Of a stretch of 53,238 nt of DNA, positions 44,788 to 53,238 are shown in pieces. This DNA is from a virus. Taxonomy: Duplodnaviria > Caudoviricetes. Every line of letters begins with the position of its first letter. Position 1 is the first letter of the stretch. Where the stretch lies: the IMG/VR virus record IMGVR_UViG_3300048009_000062, positions 1 to 53,238 of that record; one strand, written 5' to 3'. A model generated the notes under the pieces. It was not told the DNA's origin, did not search any database, and saw only the letters and a program-made list of their open reading frames with translations. Position numbers and translations under genes: made by a program.

Positions 44788-46040
44788 TGGAACAAATGAA
44801 ACCCAGACCAAGACCAGAAGAAGAAATGGACATATCTCCTCAAGCAGAGGCAGGAGATCAATTCTTTGTGCAAAAGGCTGAGAGAGACAGAGAGCTACTA
44901 GAACAATACCCATTAAAACCAAGGCCAAGGCCAAGAAACCCAGTAGAAAGTAATCCAGATGAAGCAATTTTAGCTTTAGACCCAATTATGTCGAGAGAAA
45001 AACAAAGAGAGCCAGAAGAGCAACGAACTGATGTAGTAACAGAACAGTATGAAGTTGATGGCAGTTCTGTAGAAATACCTGTGCTTATATTTAAAAGTGG
45101 CGAAAAGATTGCTTTTGGAAAAGTCCTTCAGAATATAGTTGAAAGAGGAGGATCAGAAGTAACTAATCCTTTAGGCGTTGATCGTATTCAAAAAAATATG
45201 GAGGATTTGTCTAACCAAGTAACAAATTTTATTAGACAAAATAACCCTACCAGACAAGAGTTTGAAACTTATTGGTATAACCCACGGGTAAATACAGGGG
45301 GATTTCTAACCAAAGATGATGGCATGAAAGGTCGCTCAGAAGAAGACAAAGAGATTGCAGATGAGGTAGAACAGGTAGACGTTTCTGAGGCAGACAAGGA
45401 TGAAGATGGTTTTGTGTCCCCCTCAGAGCGCGAAGTACAACTGGCGTTGCAAAAGAATGAATTAGTTGATGAGGAAGAGCTAGAGAGAATGAAACCAGTA
45501 GAAGCATACCACGGGGGAATGATGAGTTCCTGTGACTGTGGTGGAGACTGTGGTTGCGGAATGGATGATCCAATGGTATCTGGCTATGATGAAGTATCTG
45601 GTAATCCAATTCCAATTGGCTCCTCTGCAGAAAATGTGCGTGACGATATTCCTGCTAATCTTAGTGAAGATGAATATGTACTTCCTGCCCATGTAGTTAA
45701 GTGGCATGGACTAAGACATATTATGGATTTGCAAAATGAAGCAGAGATGGGGCTCATGTCTATGGAAATGAGTGGGCTTATCCATGAAGTATACGAAGAA
45801 GAACCCGATAGCGAAGGCGTTGAGGACTCCGAAGTTCAGGCCACAGATGATACCGAACAAGAAGAAGCCGAAGAGGAAGACGAAACACCCCAAGAAATTC
45901 CATCAGACATGATGGATGTAGAGGTCGCAGCCGTAGAGGTTGATGACCATTTAGATGACGAGGAAGATGAAACACTCTATCCAATGTCAAAATCCCTCCC
46001 TGCAATTATGAAGAAACAAAAAATAGTTTTTGCAGTTTAA
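44787..46040 (+). CDS. Acidic head-module protein
   Basis: KPRPRP repeats, EF-hand-like DKDEDGFVS, conserved DDIPANLSEDEYVLPA.VV domain. Confidence 0.65.
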   Translation: MEQMKPRPRPEEEMDISPQAEAGDQFFVQKAERDRELLEQYPLKPRPRPRNPVESNPDEAILALDPIMSREKQREPEEQRTDVVTEQYEVDGSSVEIPVLIFKSGEKIAFGKVLQNIVERGGSEVTNPLGVDRIQKNMEDLSNQVTNFIRQNNPTRQEFETYWYNPRVNTGGFLTKDDGMKGRSEEDKEIADEVEQVDVSEADKDEDGFVSPSEREVQLALQKNELVDEEELERMKPVEAYHGGMMSSCDCGGDCGCGMDDPMVSGYDEVSGNPIPIGSSAENVRDDIPANLSEDEYVLPAHVVKWHGLRHIMDLQNEAEMGLMSMEMSGLIHEVYEEEPDSEGVEDSEVQATDDTEQEEAEEEDETPQEIPSDMMDVEVAAVEVDDHLDDEEDETLYPMSKSLPAIMKKQKIVFAV

Positions 46041-46081
46041 CAAAATGGATACCCGACTTGTCGGACCCATAAGGAGCAATT

Positions 46082-46858
46082 ATGCAGAAGAAGCAAAAGT
46101 ACAGCCGTATGCCTGAAGACGATAATGAGTTGACCTACTCTCAGGAAATGGCTTCACAACAATCAGAACCAACTGAGGTATTAGATGCTGAAGAAGAAAG
46201 TTATAAAAAACGCTATACTGACATTCAGCGACATATTCAAGAAGTTCGCAATCAAAAGGATCAAGAAGTTGCCGCTATTAAACAACAACTCGATGCAGCG
46301 ACTAGGAAACAAATTAAGTTCCCTAAAACTGATCAAGAGGTTGAACAGTGGAGTAAGAAATACCCTGATGTTGCCAAAATCGTTGATACTATTGCTCAGA
46401 AACGCGCTAATGAAGCCTTACGTCTTGGTGAAGAGCGCCTTGCTAAAGTTGAACGGTTTGAGAAAAAAGTAAATAGGCAATCTGCAGAACAGCTTCTTTC
46501 TCAAAGACACCCAGACTTTATGGAAATAAAAAAAGATCCTAAGTTCCATGAGTGGGTGGCTCTTCAACATAGTACTATTCAAGACTCTGTGTACAAGAAC
46601 AATACGGATGCTTCATGGGCGTCTAGTACAATCGATCTCTACAAAGCCCAGACGGGCAAAAGAAAGAAATCTAACGGTGCAGCACAGTCTGTAGGAAGGA
46701 CTTCTAGTACTACTCCTTCTTCAGGACAGGGGATGAAATTTTCCGAAAGTCTTGTACAGGCAATGTCTGACCGTGAATACGCAGCAAACGAAGAAGCCAT
46801 AGAAGAAGCAATTCGGACAGGTAAGTTTGCTTATGACATATCAGGGGCTGCTAGGTAA
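46082..46858 (+). CDS. Capsid scaffolding protein
   Basis: YKKRY.D..RH coiled coil, HPDF, I.EA.R.G C-terminus; upstream of capsid. Confidence 0.8.
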   Translation: MQKKQKYSRMPEDDNELTYSQEMASQQSEPTEVLDAEEESYKKRYTDIQRHIQEVRNQKDQEVAAIKQQLDAATRKQIKFPKTDQEVEQWSKKYPDVAKIVDTIAQKRANEALRLGEERLAKVERFEKKVNRQSAEQLLSQRHPDFMEIKKDPKFHEWVALQHSTIQDSVYKNNTDASWASSTIDLYKAQTGKRKKSNGAAQSVGRTSSTTPSSGQGMKFSESLVQAMSDREYAANEEAIEEAIRTGKFAYDISGAAR

Positions 46859-46940
46859 GTGATTTAGGGGGTTGACTAATAGTCAATCTGCCTGTATCCT
46901 TCGGATGCGACCTTGGGGGAGCATATATAGTAATTAACTA

Positions 46941-47188
46941 TTGTATAATACTCCCCCCTATGTTATAATGTAGTTGTAATATGATTTGCAGGACACCACT
47001 ATGTAGTGGTATACCCTGCCCCTTCCAGATAAATATAACAAAGTATACCAGATCAAAGAGGACCACAAAGTTTAGTGATACCCTTAAGTAGTCTGCCACT
47101 GAGTTAGTCTTATCTGATCTAGCTACCTCTTCTTATAAAGGAATAGAGGAGGTGTACTAAAAAGCCATTTCATATAGGAGAACAAACA
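46941..47188 (+). promoter_or_regulatory. Capsid promoter and long structured 5' leader
   Basis: TTGTAT-17-TATAAT (TG-extended), several hairpins, AGGAG RBS. Confidence 0.65.
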
Positions 47189-48238
47189 ATGGCATTCGCA
47201 AAAGCATCAGGTTATACCAACCTTAATTCGGGTAACTTTTCCCCGGTAATATACTCGAAAAAAGTACAAAAGGCGTTTCGAACAGCTTCTGTTGTAGACG
47301 CAGTAACTAACACAGATTATTCCGGGGAGATAGCTAACTTCGGAGACTCTGTTAAAATAATTAAAGAACCAGATATCACAATCACAACATATGAGCGTGG
47401 TACACAACTAGCAACACAAGATTTGACAGACGCTGACTTTACTATGGTCGTTAATCAAGCAAATTATTTTCAGTTTGCTATTGACGATATTGAAGAGGCC
47501 CACGCCCATGTGAGCTTCGGTGATTTAGCCAGTGATCGTGCAGGTTTTAAATTGCGTGATACATTTGACTCAGATGTGCTACATCACATGGCAGGTTTCA
47601 CTGCAGCAGGTGCAAGACGTACTGCACTTGAAACAGGAAGCACCAAAGCAGACAGCGGAGCAGATAATGATGAATTGCTACCTGCTAACAAATTAGATAT
47701 CACTGATTTTGGTGGCTCTGATATTGGTGGTGCATCAGAAATCACATCTATTCCAATCGCTGCAGGTGGCGGTGCAGGTGGTATTACTTCACCACTAGCA
47801 ATCCTAAACCGTATTGCACGACAAATGGATCAGGCTGCAGTAGACACCGACTCAAGATGGTGCGTAGTTGACCCAGTGTTCGCAGAAATCTTGATGGACG
47901 AAGATTCAAAATTAATTAATTCTGACTTCGGTGGTGGAGATGAGCTACGAAACGGACGTATGCCCGGACAACTTCGTGGGTTCACAATCTACAAATCCAA
48001 CAACCTACCTTCACTAGGTACAGGTGCAGGAACTGCAGCAGCAGCAGGTTCAGAAGCTAACATGAGTTTCCTAGTAGCAGGACATTCATCTGCAGTAGCA
48101 ACAGCGGAGCAAATCGCTAAAACCGAAACTTTCCGTTCGCCTACAACATTTGCAGATATTGTCCGGGGAATGCAGTTATATGGGCGCAAGATTCTTCGTC
48201 CAGAAGCTCTATTCACAGCCGCTTACAACTTAGCGTAA
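47189..48238 (+). CDS. Major capsid protein
   Basis: F.P.IYSKK, NTDYSGEI...GDSVKI, F.IY.SNNLP, FADIVRG..LYGRK.LRPEA. Confidence 0.92.
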   Translation: MAFAKASGYTNLNSGNFSPVIYSKKVQKAFRTASVVDAVTNTDYSGEIANFGDSVKIIKEPDITITTYERGTQLATQDLTDADFTMVVNQANYFQFAIDDIEEAHAHVSFGDLASDRAGFKLRDTFDSDVLHHMAGFTAAGARRTALETGSTKADSGADNDELLPANKLDITDFGGSDIGGASEITSIPIAAGGGAGGITSPLAILNRIARQMDQAAVDTDSRWCVVDPVFAEILMDEDSKLINSDFGGGDELRNGRMPGQLRGFTIYKSNNLPSLGTGAGTAAAAGSEANMSFLVAGHSSAVATAEQIAKTETFRSPTTFADIVRGMQLYGRKILRPEALFTAAYNLA

Positions 48239-48252
48239 GTTATACAGTATCA

Positions 48253-48280
48253 TGGGGGGCAGGTCAACTCTTGCCCCTCA
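48253..48280 (+). terminator. Hairpin after capsid gene (weak terminator/stabiliser)
   Basis: GGGGCAGG/CTTGCCCC stem, no clear U-tract. Confidence 0.4.
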
Positions 48281-48304
48281 ACTAAATGTATTTAGGAATT
48301 TTGT

Positions 48305-48994
48305 ATGCCCTCTACCTACATAGACCTATCAAATAAAACTTTGCGAAGGCTGAATGAGGTAGAGATACCTGTTTCGGACTTTCCTAATGTGCGAGGGGTA
48401 CAGGCATTAGTTAAGGATGCCGTAAAAGCAGCCATAGCAAAAATTAATCAGGCAGAATTTGAGTGGCCTTTTAATGCTGCAGAATTTACACAAACTCTTG
48501 TAGCAGGTCAGTCAGAGTATTCTTGGCCTACGGCATTTAAAAAAGCTGATTGGAATACTTTTCAGATTATAAAAAATGAATCTCTTAACACGGGATTTAG
48601 TACTTTAAAATACATGGACAGAGATGAGTGGTATGCCACTAGGAGAGATGCTGACTATGAAGCAGGTAATGCAGGAGTAGGCGTACCAGAATATGTGTTT
48701 GCCTCTCATGGCACAGGGTTTGGGGTAACCCCATCTCCCAATGCAGCGTTTCAAGTAAGATTTAGATATTTTCTTAACTACACAGATTTATCTATAGCTA
48801 CTGATGTAACCAGAATACCAGAAAGCTTTGATACTGTTGTAGTAGATGGCGCACTTTATCATATGTATATGTTTAAAGATAATGCGGAGTCGGCACAACT
48901 TGCTTTTCAAGCATTTATGAGTGGCCTAAAAGATTTACAAACCTTATTTATAAATAACTATGAGTATGTACGGGATAGCAGGGTAAGGTTCTAA
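48305..48994 (+). CDS. Head-tail adaptor (tail tubular protein A-like)
   Basis: N..LRRLNEV, EWPF, P.P, IPE.F..V.VDGA; position after capsid. Confidence 0.75.
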   Translation: MPSTYIDLSNKTLRRLNEVEIPVSDFPNVRGVQALVKDAVKAAIAKINQAEFEWPFNAAEFTQTLVAGQSEYSWPTAFKKADWNTFQIIKNESLNTGFSTLKYMDRDEWYATRRDADYEAGNAGVGVPEYVFASHGTGFGVTPSPNAAFQVRFRYFLNYTDLSIATDVTRIPESFDTVVVDGALYHMYMFKDNAESAQLAFQAFMSGLKDLQTLFINNYEYVRDSRVRF

Positions 48995-50655
48995 TGGCAG
49001 ACCAGATACAGTCATACAAACTAGTATGTTCTGGTGGCCTTAATAGTAATGAGAACCACTTAGAACTATCAGATAAGTTTTCAGGATCTGCTACTAGACT
49101 TGTTAACTATGAGCCTTCCCTTTATGGGGGGTATAGAAGGTTAGAGGGATATGAACTACTAGGTGGAATTGATTCTACTGTAGGCGGCTCAAGTGGAGAA
49201 GGCAAAGTACTAGGGGTATTTGTTTATCAAAACGAACAATATGGAAATCCTTACATTATTGCCGCAAGAAAAGATGCAGGGGCAAATACTTACTCCTACT
49301 ATAAATTTTTAGACAATGTAGGGTGGCAGGTATTTGCTACAGGACTTACCCTAAGTCACACAGTAAGCAGCAGGTCTGTAGAAAAAGTAAGAGGGATAGG
49401 ATTCTCGTTAGACAGCGTAAATTATATGGCGTTTGCTGATGGGGTAAATAACGGAATATTATTTGATGGTTTAAACTGGACTTTTGTAAGTCCCTCTAAT
49501 ACAGGACAATCGTTTGCTCAAGCAGGTGGGGCGCAGGTTGTAGCAGCCCCAAGTCTAGTAGACTTCTTTAACAACTCTCTATGGTTTGCAGGAGATAGCG
49601 CATTTCCTACTAAGATATCGGTTAGTGCAAAAGGAGGTGGAGGTAACATACTTGATTTCGCTACCACTAGTCCAAGCCAAAAAAACTTAGCCCAACAGTT
49701 TGAGGCCCCGTTTAAAGTAGTCCAGATAAAGCCTTTTAGGAATGATTTATTTATATTTGGAGCTAACGCTATACAGAAAGCTTTTCAAGGAGAGTTTTTA
49801 TACGACACCGAAGATGTAACTAAAAACGTAGGATGTATAGCAAGAGACAGCGTAGTCGAGATTGGTGGAGATTTATTATTTCTTGCACCAGATGGGTTTA
49901 GACCAGTAGCAGGAACCTCTAGAATTGGAGATGTTGAGTTAGAGTCTGTAAGTAAACCAATACAGGTTTTACTTAAAACTCTTATAGAGAGACAAACCTC
50001 AGATAACATTAGTTCTTGTGTAGTTCGTAGCAAATCTCAAGTACGGTTTTTTGTTGGAGATTCTACTATAGATGTTCAAAACTCCTTTGGTATTATTGGA
50101 GGCTTATATGATAAAGATGGTTCAATTAAATGGTCTTATGGAGAACTTCTTGGGATTAGAGCCTCTTGTTCTACCAGTGAATATATAAATACCATAGAAC
50201 ACGTTTTGCATGGGGACTTTGACGGCAAAGTTTATAGACAGGAAAGAGGAACTAGCTTTAATGGTTCTAATATTCTTAGTGTGTACGAAACTCCGTTTTT
50301 AGACTTTGGTGATACAGAACAAAGAAAAGTAATTAGAAAGCTAAATACTTTTGTTAGGGCAGAAGGCCCTGTAGAATTATTTTTAACTCTTTCCTATGAT
50401 TGGGGAGATAACGCAACCTTGACTCCATCTACTTACTCACAAGAAAGCGAAGGCGGTCAGGTAAAGTATGCAGGTCTTAATATAGACTACGGTGCAGCCA
50501 ATGTTTTATATGGTGGTAACTCTAAACCTATTATGACCACAGACGTACAAGGAAGTGGGTTTGCAGTGAGTGCAACTTTTGTAACAATAGGACAATCAGA
50601 ACCTTTCTCTATTCAAGGATTGGTTTATGAATTTAGTACTGCAGGGAGAAGATAA
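48994..50655 (+). CDS. Tail nozzle/stabilisation protein (tubular protein B-like)
   Basis: GGLN, N.EP...GGYRR..GY, VGC.ARDS..E.GGDL.FLAPDG.R beta-propeller motifs. Confidence 0.78.
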   Translation: MADQIQSYKLVCSGGLNSNENHLELSDKFSGSATRLVNYEPSLYGGYRRLEGYELLGGIDSTVGGSSGEGKVLGVFVYQNEQYGNPYIIAARKDAGANTYSYYKFLDNVGWQVFATGLTLSHTVSSRSVEKVRGIGFSLDSVNYMAFADGVNNGILFDGLNWTFVSPSNTGQSFAQAGGAQVVAAPSLVDFFNNSLWFAGDSAFPTKISVSAKGGGGNILDFATTSPSQKNLAQQFEAPFKVVQIKPFRNDLFIFGANAIQKAFQGEFLYDTEDVTKNVGCIARDSVVEIGGDLLFLAPDGFRPVAGTSRIGDVELESVSKPIQVLLKTLIERQTSDNISSCVVRSKSQVRFFVGDSTIDVQNSFGIIGGLYDKDGSIKWSYGELLGIRASCSTSEYINTIEHVLHGDFDGKVYRQERGTSFNGSNILSVYETPFLDFGDTEQRKVIRKLNTFVRAEGPVELFLTLSYDWGDNATLTPSTYSQESEGGQVKYAGLNIDYGAANVLYGGNSKPIMTTDVQGSGFAVSATFVTIGQSEPFSIQGLVYEFSTAGRR

Positions 50656-52721
50656 TGACAGGTTATACAAGAAAATCCATAGCCAGTATTATCAATGGTA
50701 GTAATATTACTGCCCCTCCACTAAATGCAGAATTTGATCAACTACTAGCAGCTTTTGATGCCGCTACTGGACATAGCCATGATGGTACGTCTGCAGGGGC
50801 AGCACCTAAAATAAATCTAGCTACCTCTGTTTCTGGATTACTTCCTGCAGTTAATGGTGGATCTGGGGGCTCTAACAAATTAGATGCCACAGCAAATCCA
50901 ACTATAGCAAATGATAACAGTCAAAACTATGCTGTAGGATCTATCTGGATAAATGTAAGTACCGATAAGATATTTATATGTGTAAATAGTACAAGCAATG
51001 CCGCACAGTGGAGACAAATAGTAGCCAATGATGGCTTAAAGATTGTTCCTGAAACCACAAACACAGTAGACATTGGCTCCTCTAGTTTAAATTACAAAGA
51101 CCTATATCTAGCAGGTAACGCCTTCGTTAGTGGCAATCTTGGAGTAACAGGGATTGGTGCTTTCTCAATTATCGACTCCGCAAACTCTACTCTAGACGTA
51201 GTCACTGTAGGCGGTGCTGCAGGTAACAAGGGAACTATAAATGGTGTAGTAATTGGATCTACAAATCCAACGGCTATATCGGGTACTCAGATTACGGCTA
51301 ACTCAGGTTTTGTAGGATCAGTTACTGGAGATGTAACAGGTAACGTAACCTCTTCTGGAACTTCTGGCTTTAATAATATCACTGCCTCTGGAACGATTAC
51401 TGGTAACGTAACTGGTGATGTAACAGGCAATATAACTGCAGCCTCTGGAACTAGCCAATTCAATAATGTGACCGTCACTGGCACACTGAATATGGACGCA
51501 GGAACTACTGGTACTATTCAGAATTTATCTGCACCTGTAAATCCAAATGATGCCGCCCGAAAAACGGATGTAGATACAGCCGTAGCTAACTTAGTGGATA
51601 CTGCCCCTGCAGCATTAGACACCCTGAATGAACTTGCTGCAGCCATCAACGATGATGCAAATTTCTCAACTACAATCACTAACAGTATAGCTGCAAAATT
51701 ACCCAAAGCAGGTGGCACAATGTCTGGTGCTATCAACATGGGTAGCCAGAAGATTACTAATGCAGGTGATCCAACAAATGTCCAAGACCTTTCGACAAAA
51801 AATTATACCGATACGCAGGACAACTTAAAGGTTTCTAAAAGTGGCGATGGCATGTCTGGCCCACTTGCAATGGGTACTAACAAGATCGTTAACTTGGGTA
51901 CGCCAACTGCAGCAACTGATGCAAGTTCGAAAGGCTATGTGGACGGCATTCTAGGCTCTGCTACAGCGGCATCTGCTTCAGCAGCGGCTGCAGCTACAAG
52001 TGAAGCCAACGCAGCCAACTCTGAGTCCAATGCGGCTACGTCTGCTACCCTAGCTCAAGATTGGGCTATTAAGACTAGCGGCACAGTCGATGGCACAAAT
52101 TTCTCAGCTAAATATTGGGCCACTCAAGCAGACGTAGGAACCGTAGCTACTAACATATCAGACATTAACGCAGTAGCAGGTCAGATAAGTCCTACTAACA
52201 ATATTAGTACTCTCGCAGGGGTGTCGGCTGCAATTACAACAGTCGCTACTAACATCAATAATTTTCAGGATTTTGCTGATACATACTTTGTTGGTAACAA
52301 CGCTCCAAGTGGATCAAACTTAGGATTAGGTGATCTTTGGTTTGATACTGCTAACAACGTAATGAAAGTTTACGGTTCTGGTGGATTTCAGAGCGCAGGT
52401 AGCTCAGTAAACGGTACGGCTGAACGCAAGGAATATACTGTTGGAACTAACTCAGGCAGCTACACTAGTGGCTCACTGACTACGTTCCCTGCAACATATG
52501 ACCCAACTTTTTGTGACGTCTATTTAAACGGAATAAAATTAGCACCTTCAGATTTCACCGCCACAGATGGAGCCAATGTGGTCTTGGCCTCTGGTGCGGC
52601 TACAGGGGATTCAATTTCGATTGTCTCCTTCGGAACCTTCAGCTTGGCAGACCACTACAACAAAACTCAAGTCGATGCTTTCATCGATGACGTAGAAACT
52701 CTAGCATTGGCAGGAATTTAA
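50655..52721 (+). CDS. Proximal tail fibre protein
   Basis: MTGYTR...LNAEF...GHSHDG anchor; GDVTGNVT repeats; LDTLNELAAA, G.M.G...MG..KI repeats; GDLWFD. Confidence 0.8.
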   Translation: MTGYTRKSIASIINGSNITAPPLNAEFDQLLAAFDAATGHSHDGTSAGAAPKINLATSVSGLLPAVNGGSGGSNKLDATANPTIANDNSQNYAVGSIWINVSTDKIFICVNSTSNAAQWRQIVANDGLKIVPETTNTVDIGSSSLNYKDLYLAGNAFVSGNLGVTGIGAFSIIDSANSTLDVVTVGGAAGNKGTINGVVIGSTNPTAISGTQITANSGFVGSVTGDVTGNVTSSGTSGFNNITASGTITGNVTGDVTGNITAASGTSQFNNVTVTGTLNMDAGTTGTIQNLSAPVNPNDAARKTDVDTAVANLVDTAPAALDTLNELAAAINDDANFSTTITNSIAAKLPKAGGTMSGAINMGSQKITNAGDPTNVQDLSTKNYTDTQDNLKVSKSGDGMSGPLAMGTNKIVNLGTPTAATDASSKGYVDGILGSATAASASAAAAATSEANAANSESNAATSATLAQDWAIKTSGTVDGTNFSAKYWATQADVGTVATNISDINAVAGQISPTNNISTLAGVSAAITTVATNINNFQDFADTYFVGNNAPSGSNLGLGDLWFDTANNVMKVYGSGGFQSAGSSVNGTAERKEYTVGTNSGSYTSGSLTTFPATYDPTFCDVYLNGIKLAPSDFTATDGANVVLASGAATGDSISIVSFGTFSLADHYNKTQVDAFIDDVETLALAGI

Positions 52722-53238
52722 AATGGCAATTAATACAACTACAGTTGAAACAAATTTAACTACTAAACTAAACGCTACAACTGGCACAACAGATGCCAAA
52801 GAGTTCTTGCTACTAGGCAAGGCAGTTGAAGCATTACAACCATCAGTAACAGTCTCCAGTGTGCAGACTGAGGGAACTACTCAGGTAGGTCTGGTCAATA
52901 CAGCAGGAACCACTCAGGTAGCAGCCGTTCAAGCGGCAGGGTCTGGGTATGCTCCACTAGCAGGGGCTACCTTCACTGGCGCAATAGATATGGGTTCAAA
53001 CAATATTACCACCACTGGTAAAATCTTGTACTCAAATGTTTACTCTGCGCTTGGTGATCTTCCATCAGCGTCCACCTATCATGGGATGTTTGCTCATGTG
53101 CATGGCACTGGCAAAGGGTACTACGCACATGGTGGTAACTGGATACCTCTAGTTAATGAGGACACTTCTGGAAACGTCACCATTGGTGGAAACCTTACAG
53201 TCTCAGGTACTACAACTACGGTAAACAGTACAACTCTA
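51990..53238 (+). repeat. Right copy of imperfect terminal repeat
   Basis: Collinear with 1..1257. Confidence 0.9.
52723..53238 (+). CDS. Tail fibre protein, variant of 727..1848 (partial)
   Basis: MAINTTTVETNLTTKL...; open to window end; one fewer 11-aa repeat. Confidence 0.85.
   Translation, partial: MAINTTTVETNLTTKLNATTGTTDAKEFLLLGKAVEALQPSVTVSSVQTEGTTQVGLVNTAGTTQVAAVQAAGSGYAPLAGATFTGAIDMGSNNITTTGKILYSNVYSALGDLPSASTYHGMFAHVHGTGKGYYAHGGNWIPLVNEDTSGNVTIGGNLTVSGTTTTVNSTTL

Noticed and set aside
46934-46948. CtrA box at the capsid promoter (TTAA-N7-ATAA)
   Set aside because: Imperfect match in AT-rich DNA and not repeated at other late promoters
51990-53238. True direct terminal repeat of the virion DNA
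   Set aside because: Copies are not identical and lie inside tail genes

Overview
This window looks like a near-complete, circularly permuted genome (~52 kb unique) of a marine podovirus of the HMO-2011 type. The evidence is a family A DNA polymerase with a DnaJ-like CxxCxGxG insert, no phage RNA polymerase, and host sigma70-type promoters. The host is probably a roseobacter/alphaproteobacterium (class II RNR, DUF1127 protein, PRPRP motifs); this is an inference. Layout: tail-fibre/adhesin cassettes (1-4.8 kb), internal virion and lysis genes (4.9-17.3 kb, +), replication and early genes (17.5-30.2 kb, -), a compositionally distinct early island (30.3-33.7 kb, +), small genes (33.9-37.9 kb), then terminase, portal, scaffold, capsid and tail (37.9-53.2 kb, +). 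The two ends (1-1257 and 51990-53238) are mosaic, non-identical copies of the same tail region. The most notable signals are in non-coding RNA: (1) a hammerhead-ribozyme-like fold just upstream of the early DUF932 gene; (2) a hairpin beside a DUF1127 gene whose loop is the reverse complement of the (T)AAGGACCA(A) ribosome-binding site shared by the helicase, primase and early genes; (3) a second promoter-driven small RNA candidate with a UUGGUC loop; (4) a repeated AC/AUAC internal loop in the scaffold and capsid leaders. All calls were made by eye, without database searches.
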